A stretch of DNA of 64,000 nt from Methanothrix sp. (GTDB taxonomy: Archaea; Halobacteriota; Methanosarcinia; Methanotrichales; Methanotrichaceae), in assembly GCA_963682135.1 (NCBI GenBank), contig OY821645.1, forward strand, positions 2,464,001-2,528,000, given 5' to 3'. Position numbers and translations under genes: made by a program. This document shows positions 57,559 through 64,000 of the stretch, piece after piece. The notes beneath the pieces are model-generated. The model ran no database searches and was not told the DNA's origin. It saw nothing but the letters and a program-made list of their open reading frames with translations. Each line of letters starts with the position of its first letter. The stretch's first letter is position 1.

Positions 57559-58518
57559 TTATATTATCAGAACCTCGCTCTGTTTTATACCCAGCAAACC
57601 CTTTCCTGGGGAATATATCCCCCCAGTCAAGATGTATTCACCCTTCTCCCAGGATTGATCCGGCAAGAGGATAAGGTCGACACCCTGTTGAGTTGATTCC
57701 TGCAGGCCGATTGCACTGTTTGCCGGCAGAAGGGGCAGCAGATCCATGAGAAGCTCGCTGGAAATTTTGAGAGGACCATCTATCTGTAACGATTTAGAGC
57801 CCAGGGACAGAGTAATATCAAAACTGTTTGTCGTCTCATTCTTGGCTACACCCAAGCTGGCGTTTTCATAATCATTCCGAGAGATCAGAATTGCCGCAAA
57901 GAATTTGTTCTGATTGCCTGGCACAGTTGTATTCATCACCACCTGAATGAACGGCTCTTCCGCTTCTACAATACTTGGCACCTGCAGGACTGTTTGTCCT
58001 TCTGTTATCAGCAATGGCATAGAGATGAGCAATGATTTTTTTTCATCAAAGAAATTCAGTGAATGCAGGCCGCTACTGGTTATAGATAGCAGGAAAGATC
58101 TACAATTGGTGCCATTGAGGTCATTGGCGTTAATGGTATAATTGCTGCCATATAACGCGAGATTTTTTTTTGCGCAATCTTTACCACTAAAGCCGGTTCC
58201 ATGATAGTCGGAAAGGTAGAATGAGAGATCGAATGGAGATGTGCACACAGAGATATTGGATGCGTCTGCTTGGAGAGGAGAGAGAAAAGCGCCAACAATT
58301 GATTGGTTGATGGAATAAACCGGAATAAGGTCAAAAAGATCTATCCTACCAGCTCCCTCTGGAAAGCTCATCTTCGGCATTAATAGAGTATCATTTCCAT
58401 CAAGGCTGATTGAACACTTTCCGGAAGAGTCCCCAAAAAATGCCGCCGATGAGTTGCCCAATGCGGTCACATTAACAGGAAAGATAAGGAGCAAAAGCAG
58501 AATAATTATGCCAACCAT
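57559..58518 (-). CDS. Secreted methanogen extracellular protein (TIGR04279-like)
   Basis: Signal peptide; ...MPLLITE...FFAAILISR.DY...GEYIL..GIYSPGKGL.G..Q. Confidence 0.6.
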   Translation of the reverse strand: MVGIIILLLLLIFPVNVTALGNSSAAFFGDSSGKCSISLDGNDTLLMPKMSFPEGAGRIDLFDLIPVYSINQSIVGAFLSPLQADASNISVCTSPFDLSFYLSDYHGTGFSGKDCAKKNLALYGSNYTINANDLNGTNCRSFLLSITSSGLHSLNFFDEKKSLLISMPLLITEGQTVLQVPSIVEAEEPFIQVVMNTTVPGNQNKFFAAILISRNDYENASLGVAKNETTNSFDITLSLGSKSLQIDGPLKISSELLMDLLPLLPANSAIGLQESTQQGVDLILLPDQSWEKGEYILTGGIYSPGKGLLGIKQSEVLII

Positions 58519-58630
58519 AGCTTCGTAAAAGAGATTATGAAAGTATATATGGCTTTTCCGTCATGGAAAAGAGCTTAGATACTACGAGGGGAAGCTATTA
58601 GATCTGTAAGGAGAACGGGTCTGGATTAGG

Positions 58631-59482
58631 ATGAACACAAAGGATATTACAAGATATAACCTTGATCTTATACTTCCGGTAATCTTGATTCTTCTGGCAG
58701 AGTCTCTTATCTATCTAGGCAAACCAAATGCAGCAATGCCCATTCATGCTGTGAACTTGATCTTCCTAATTCTATCATCTATTTTTATAAATAACAGAAT
58801 ATACCCCGCATTAATGCTTTTACCTCTTTTCCGTCTTTTAAATGTTGCTATGCCCGTTTTTTTCAATTTAACCCTGTACTCCTATTCCATGGTTTACGCC
58901 CCTATGTTCATACCCATCTATTTTCTTGTGAAGGATGGTTTTATAAGCCGCTCAGAAGCGGGAATGACCTTTAAAAGTTTCTTGTATTATTTTCCTCTGG
59001 CGATTGCTGTTGGCTTCGCCCTGGGTTGGGGCGAATATAATGTGATACATCCCCAAATTCTGACACCGAGCGCCAATATCAAAGATGTCTTTATTCTTAC
59101 TGTGACCATGATATTCTTTGTCGGAATTGTGGAGGAGTTTATCTTCCGATCGTCTCTGCAAACCGTACTGGAAGAAAGACTGGGCTCAATTGCAGGACTT
59201 CTATTAGCAAGCATAATATTCGGATTCATGCATAGCGGCTACCAAATGCCCCTGGAGCTTCTTTATGTCTCTTTTGCAGGAGTTGTCTTCGGACTGCTCT
59301 TCTGGCTAACAAAAAGCCTGCCGATCATCTCTCTCGCGCACGGCGTTACTAATATCTCTCTATTTCTGGTGGTACCTATGAAACCCGAGATCTTGATTTA
59401 TTTCGTCTCGGTCCCGGCTCTTATCTTTGTGTTCTACGCCTATGTTTTCAAGCGAAAATCCGGCGTAGGTGGGAGCGATTAG
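58631..59482 (+). CDS. CPBP (CAAX/Abi) family intramembrane metalloprotease
   Basis: EEFIFR, FGFMH and AHGVTN motifs. Confidence 0.9.
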   Translation: MNTKDITRYNLDLILPVILILLAESLIYLGKPNAAMPIHAVNLIFLILSSIFINNRIYPALMLLPLFRLLNVAMPVFFNLTLYSYSMVYAPMFIPIYFLVKDGFISRSEAGMTFKSFLYYFPLAIAVGFALGWGEYNVIHPQILTPSANIKDVFILTVTMIFFVGIVEEFIFRSSLQTVLEERLGSIAGLLLASIIFGFMHSGYQMPLELLYVSFAGVVFGLLFWLTKSLPIISLAHGVTNISLFLVVPMKPEILIYFVSVPALIFVFYAYVFKRKSGVGGSD

Positions 59483-59564
59483 GTATAAGATTCTGATTGG
59501 CATTGCTGCTTTGAAAAGACCAAAAACCGCGCGAGCTAAAAGCTCAATTTGAAATTATAGGCAC

Positions 59565-59891
59565 TTATCTGCCTACAACATCGATGACTTTGTAGCCTAC
59601 AATCAGGAAGAATGTGAGTACCATTGGCACAATGGCCAAGTTCAACATGGTTGACAGGCGCTTATTCCATTGTGATGAAGCCGACAAAATTTCTGAGGCA
59701 CTGAGCAGAACAATAAGACAGATGACACTTATAACACTGATTTCGGAGACACCGACAGTAGCAAAAGTGGTAACCACTGATGTCGTGCTGGCCGCGCTCA
59801 TGGTGCTAGCTGCGCTCATGGTGCTAGCTGCGCTCATGGTGCTGGCTGCGCTCATGGTGCTACTTACCGTACTCAACATTGAGGATAACAT
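59565..59891 (-). CDS. Small two-TM membrane protein with Ser/Thr-rich repeat N-terminus
   Basis: (STMSAA)x4 followed by two hydrophobic helices. Confidence 0.7.
   Translation of the reverse strand: MLSSMLSTVSSTMSAASTMSAASTMSAASTMSAASTTSVVTTFATVGVSEISVISVICLIVLLSASEILSASSQWNKRLSTMLNLAIVPMVLTFFLIVGYKVIDVVGR
59785..59862. repeat. 18-bp tandem repeat, about 4.3 copies
   Basis: GTGCTRGCYGCGCTCATG units. Confidence 0.95.
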
Positions 59892-60136
59892 GATTACTCT
59901 CTGATAATTTATTCTAGACCCTTATTAGAGTAAATCCTTATCTATGTTCTACTTGCATGTCATATTTATAGATGTCCCATTTAAAATTAGGACTGATATT
60001 ATTTAAGTTACTAAATGTGCGGATCAATCCTGGAAATCGGTTTTGGATTGATCTCCCTCTAAGTTCCCATTTTGATTGCGCAGATGATGCTAAACATTAT
60101 GGAATCGCTTAATGCCTTAATAGCCGAAGCCTCTTG

Positions 60137-60481
60137 CTAGTGGTAGAATTGCCTGAATGGTTTTCGGTACTCATCCTGCAGCTCGTATTTTAATACTATC
60201 TTTTCCGGCATAATTTGAACCTCTCTTATCGACTGTGTGAAGAGATACCAGATAAAGCCCCTGTCCGGGAGCCTATACCTATCCGGCAAGGTCTGTGTAA
60301 ACTCAGATTGGCCCATGATATAAGTTCTAAGCATCTCGCTTCCCGATGCAAAGAGGAAGGGGAAGCTTACGTTTTCAATCTCTCGCTGGCAGTTGCCCTG
60401 CAGGCGCAGGCGCTGGGCCAGAAATACCAGGTATTCTTCTTTGGTTACCACCAACTCTCTGTACTCGCTCATTGCAGTCAC
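60137..60481 (-). CDS. Hypothetical protein
   Basis: 114-aa ORF following aroD. Confidence 0.65.
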   Translation of the reverse strand: MTAMSEYRELVVTKEEYLVFLAQRLRLQGNCQREIENVSFPFLFASGSEMLRTYIMGQSEFTQTLPDRYRLPDRGFIWYLFTQSIREVQIMPEKIVLKYELQDEYRKPFRQFYH

Positions 60482-60552
60482 GCCTATTTTAACGCCAGAT
60501 GGTGAGATAAAAGTTGTCGTCGCTTGAATTGCAATCGATTATTTAGAACTAT

Positions 60553-61203
60553 TCAAGATATCAGCTTTCTTGCCAGGCATAACTCAGACAGGCTCATCTG
60601 TCCTGGAGCCGTGCTCTGTGTGACAAAGCCGTAGGTAAGAGCCGAGCCATAGAGAGGAGCCACAGCACGCATATGCCGCCCCATCCGGCCCATGGCGATC
60701 ATGCAAAGGGGCATATCAGCATCCAGCAAGAACTTCAATATCCTCAAATTATCATGGAGGCTCTTGGGCGTCACGGCAATCTTGGCAATAGCAGCTTTTG
60801 TCTTCTTCATATCCTCGTAGATACCAATCAATTGTGACTGCTCGGGCATTCCCTGAAAGTCATGATAAGAGACTATCACCGGTTTCATTATTTTGGATAT
60901 GGCATAATCTCTCTGATCCGCCAAGAGTTCCATATCCACGTAGTCGGCATAGTAGGCGGCTTTGATGAGCAGATCAATTCTCTCTCTTTCGCTGCCCTGG
61001 AACATTCCCCCTTCAGTCCGGAGGCGAGCTGTAGCGATGATCGGCTTGGCGGTGGCCTTTCGCACAGCCTTTATGGTTTGCAGGGGATCGCTTGCAGAGA
61101 GCAGGTCCAGTCGTAGCTCGATCATATCTGCATCGCCTGTGGCCTGGACATCATTTTCTGCATCCCTTCCCAGTACGGCTACTATGCGCGACTTGTGATT
61201 CAT
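60553..61203 (-). CDS. aroD: Type I 3-dehydroquinate dehydratase
   Basis: ELRLD, R..EGG, SYHDF, KIA, IAMG and APGQ. Confidence 0.93.
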   Translation of the reverse strand: MNHKSRIVAVLGRDAENDVQATGDADMIELRLDLLSASDPLQTIKAVRKATAKPIIATARLRTEGGMFQGSERERIDLLIKAAYYADYVDMELLADQRDYAISKIMKPVIVSYHDFQGMPEQSQLIGIYEDMKKTKAAIAKIAVTPKSLHDNLRILKFLLDADMPLCMIAMGRMGRHMRAVAPLYGSALTYGFVTQSTAPGQMSLSELCLARKLIS

Positions 61204-61207
61204 AGTA

Positions 61208-62329
61208 TTACTGCTCCACAATGCTCTCCTCAATCTTCATTCCGAAGTGGCGGGCCGTCTCTTCCAGATGCACCAGCACCTCGTTGCCGGCCTTGAGATC
61301 AGTCACTGGCTTTGGTAAACCATCGGAGCCTACCAGCTTTATGGTCTCGGCATTTTGCAGCAGAGTGCTTATCTTCAGTCCATTGGCCTCCGCCTCAATG
61401 AGGATCATGGGCCTCTTCTCGATCTTGGCCCGGCCAACTATGGCCGTTCTGGCCAGCCCCTCCTTGCTGACTATGGTAACCTCATCTCCCGATTTTAGCT
61501 CGGAGAGGTAACGCGTCTTCTCTCCCACCCGGATGTAAGCGTGCACCGCGCCGGCATTCACCCGGAAGGGGCGCGCTGCCACGTAGGGGCTGTCTTCCGA
61601 CTCGCTGTGAACCAGGAAGAATCCTTTTGCCTGAGAGCCGATGAGCATGCCCTCTCCCAGAGACATCATGCTGGCTGTGTCCACGCATACCCGATCGCCC
61701 ATACCCACGGCCTTGACGGCAGTCACCTTCGCTGAAATCAGCTCTATTCGACCTTTTTGAGACTGATCGACAGCATCCATGACCCTCTTGACCTCAGAAG
61801 GATCATTGCTTTCCAGCAGCACACCGTCTGATCCCTTTTCCAGAGTAGCCAGTGCTAAACGCGTCTCCTCAGCCGTCTTGACACCGCTTATAATCATAAC
61901 TCGCGCACCCTGTAATCCGGCAATCATGTTCTCCAGGGGAATGACCTTCCAGTCCGTGCCGATGACGAGAAGATAGTCAACAATCTTGCCCATCTCCACA
62001 GCGAACTCTTCATACTTCTTGTTGGCAATAACCACATAAGCTGCCTTTGTTCCGGAAACAGTCTTGGCGAGAGCCCCGTCTAGAGAGCTGCCCTGCTCTT
62101 TAGGAAGAGCTACAGTCCCATCGCCTTCTCCGCCCTTGCCCACAACGAAAATATCCTCAGTCCCTCTCCCTACACCAAAGCAGGCCACCTTGATCTTGCC
62201 CAGTTCTCTCACCCGCTCGATGTTCTCTCTGTCTACCAGCACGCAGTCGAAGCCAGACTCGAGAGCGGTAGTGATCATGGGCTTGATCTCCTGCCAAGGC
62301 CCTTGTGCCATGAGCCACTTCTCTTTCAT
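61208..62329 (-). CDS. aroB': 3-dehydroquinate synthase II (archaeal)
   Basis: DWKVIPLEN, GDRVCVDT, RPFRVNAG, QNAET and RHFG. Confidence 0.93.
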   Translation of the reverse strand: MKEKWLMAQGPWQEIKPMITTALESGFDCVLVDRENIERVRELGKIKVACFGVGRGTEDIFVVGKGGEGDGTVALPKEQGSSLDGALAKTVSGTKAAYVVIANKKYEEFAVEMGKIVDYLLVIGTDWKVIPLENMIAGLQGARVMIISGVKTAEETRLALATLEKGSDGVLLESNDPSEVKRVMDAVDQSQKGRIELISAKVTAVKAVGMGDRVCVDTASMMSLGEGMLIGSQAKGFFLVHSESEDSPYVAARPFRVNAGAVHAYIRVGEKTRYLSELKSGDEVTIVSKEGLARTAIVGRAKIEKRPMILIEAEANGLKISTLLQNAETIKLVGSDGLPKPVTDLKAGNEVLVHLEETARHFGMKIEESIVEQ

Positions 62330-62402
62330 GTGCTACACCAGGGCATTCCATTACTAATCTCTTATGCTTAAAAAATTTATACAAGGAGCTGAGAATGAGT
62401 CT

Positions 62403-63110
62403 ATGGGAAATCGATTGGTTTATAGCCCTGTAAGCTTGCTCTTTATGCTACTACTTGCATTCTTGCTCTTTGCTGTGGTGGGCTTTCTATTTCTGGACCT
62501 GGCCAGGACGGCCTTCACCAAGATAGGCTTCTCCTGGAGCCAGGCGCTCTTTGTCCTGCTCGCCTCACTCCTGGGCAGCAGCATCAATATACCTCTGACC
62601 AATCTGCAGTGCAGCACTCCAATGGTGCAGGAGCGACAGATAAGGGCCTTCGGCATCAGTTACCGGGTGCCTGTGGTGGAGGTCGTAAGCTGCCATACAC
62701 TGCTGGCAGTCAACCTGGGCGGAGCGGTGATACCATCTCTGATATCCATAGCGCTAATCCACCGCTTCCCGGAGTCTCTAAATTATGCCCTCATGGGTAT
62801 CGCTTTCGTGACCATCTTAACCAATCTTGTAGCCAAGCCCGTTAAAGGTTTGGGAATTGTTACACCCGCTCTTCTTCCGCCTCTAGCTGCGGCGTTGGCC
62901 GCGATCCTGCTCGTTTATTTTGGGGGAGCGCCGCATGATCTCATCTTTCTCATTGCCTATGTGAGCGGAACTTTGGGGGCGCTCATTGGCGCTGATATCT
63001 TGAACCTCAACAAGATCCGTGATCTTGGGGCGCCAGTGGCCAGCATAGGCGGAGCCGGGACCTTTGACGGTGTCTTCCTGTCCGGCCTGATCGCAGTCTT
63101 GCTGCTGTGA
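62403..63110 (+). CDS. DUF1614-family membrane protein
   Basis: GSSINIP, AVNLGGAVIP, GALIGAD and SIGGAGTFDG. Confidence 0.85.
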   Translation: MGNRLVYSPVSLLFMLLLAFLLFAVVGFLFLDLARTAFTKIGFSWSQALFVLLASLLGSSINIPLTNLQCSTPMVQERQIRAFGISYRVPVVEVVSCHTLLAVNLGGAVIPSLISIALIHRFPESLNYALMGIAFVTILTNLVAKPVKGLGIVTPALLPPLAAALAAILLVYFGGAPHDLIFLIAYVSGTLGALIGADILNLNKIRDLGAPVASIGGAGTFDGVFLSGLIAVLLL

Positions 63111-63150
63111 ATGGAAAAAAGCTTTAAGATAGACGTTAGGGAGGTAAAGC

Positions 63151-64000
63151 ATGAGCTTTAGGGGTTTCCTGGAGGACCTGGAGAAGGACGGGCTGCTAAA
63201 AAATGTGCATGAATCCGTATCTCCCATCCATGAGGTTACGGATCGTGCCTGGGGAAAAGGCCCCATATTATTTGATAATGTAGATGGCCATAAGTGCTGC
63301 CTGAATATCCTGGGAACGCGCCCTCTGCTGGCACGAGCCCTGGGAATTGCGGCTCATGATATGGTCACTCATCTCGCCACCGTCGGCTACGAGGGGCCCG
63401 TTCGCGAGGTGGACTGCGCGCCCTTTATGGAGTGCGCGAGCATTCCCGATCTCTCCCGGCTGCCCGTTCTCACTCATTTCAAGGGGGATGGCGGGCCTTA
63501 CATCACCTCTGCAGTAGTTGTAAGCCAGTTTGCTGGGAAATTCAATGCCTGCGTGCACCGTCTTCAGGTACTGGGAAAAGATCGTCTGGCGGCACGTCTC
63601 GTTCCTGGAAGGCATACTCATCAGTTCTACCAGGCGGCAGTGGCCAAGGGAGTAGAGGTGCCGGTGGCCATTGCCATAGGAGTGGACCCGCTGCTGCTCA
63701 TAGCTGCATCCACGCGCGTTCCCCCGGAGAAGGAGTTTTCCTATGCTGCGGCTCTGCGAGGCTCTCCCGTGGAGCTGGTGCGCCTGGAGAACGGCTCTTT
63801 AGCCCCCCATGCCGAGATAGTGCTGGAGGGCTACATTACCGGCGAGCGGGCCAGCGAAGGGCCGTTTGTGGATATTACCGGTACTGCTGATCTCGTACGG
63901 CAGGAGCCTGTCATCCGGCTGACCAGGATGATGACCCGCGAGGATCCCATCTACCACGGCCTGCTTCCCGCGGGCGGCGAGCACAAGATGCTCATGGGCG
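63151..64000 (+). CDS. UbiD-family decarboxylase (possibly anhydromevalonate phosphate decarboxylase), partial
   Basis: ATG 63151 after GGAGGT; LPVLTHF..DGGPYIT, HRL, AEIVLEG and EGPFVDITG; runs off the window edge. Confidence 0.88.
   Translation, partial: MSFRGFLEDLEKDGLLKNVHESVSPIHEVTDRAWGKGPILFDNVDGHKCCLNILGTRPLLARALGIAAHDMVTHLATVGYEGPVREVDCAPFMECASIPDLSRLPVLTHFKGDGGPYITSAVVVSQFAGKFNACVHRLQVLGKDRLAARLVPGRHTHQFYQAAVAKGVEVPVAIAIGVDPLLLIAASTRVPPEKEFSYAAALRGSPVELVRLENGSLAPHAEIVLEGYITGERASEGPFVDITGTADLVRQEPVIRLTRMMTREDPIYHGLLPAGGEHKMLMG

Overview
A 64-kb segment of an archaeal chromosome. Gene content points to a Methanothrix/Methanosaeta-like methanogen (inference): the aIF1A-RIO1-KH operon, artA-psd-pssA, mptD, aroB'/aroD and a tRNA with a BHB intron. 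The housekeeping content includes 3 tRNAs, uppS, a glycogen/sugar-nucleotide cluster (KaiC-like ATPase, GT3 glycogen synthase, two GT4s, GalT-like), hydantoinase plus HDAC, HAE3 and MFS transporters, many secreted proteins and shikimate genes. Three IS elements are present: IS200-like, IS1634 and IS630. The standout is 12.6-21.5 kb. Seven direct copies of a ~160-245-bp GC-rich repeat, which is the 3' end of a type IIG (Eco57I-like) restriction-modification gene, alternate with six different toxin-antitoxin cassettes. They lie directly downstream of the decayed 5' end of such an RM gene. This is an integron-like or Rhs-orphan-like cassette array with no recombinase visible in the window. Other points of interest are an HEXXH metalloprotease gene split by IS630, probable CTG and ACG start codons, and a MITE-like structured element. 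All family calls come from motif recognition by eye; no database search was run.
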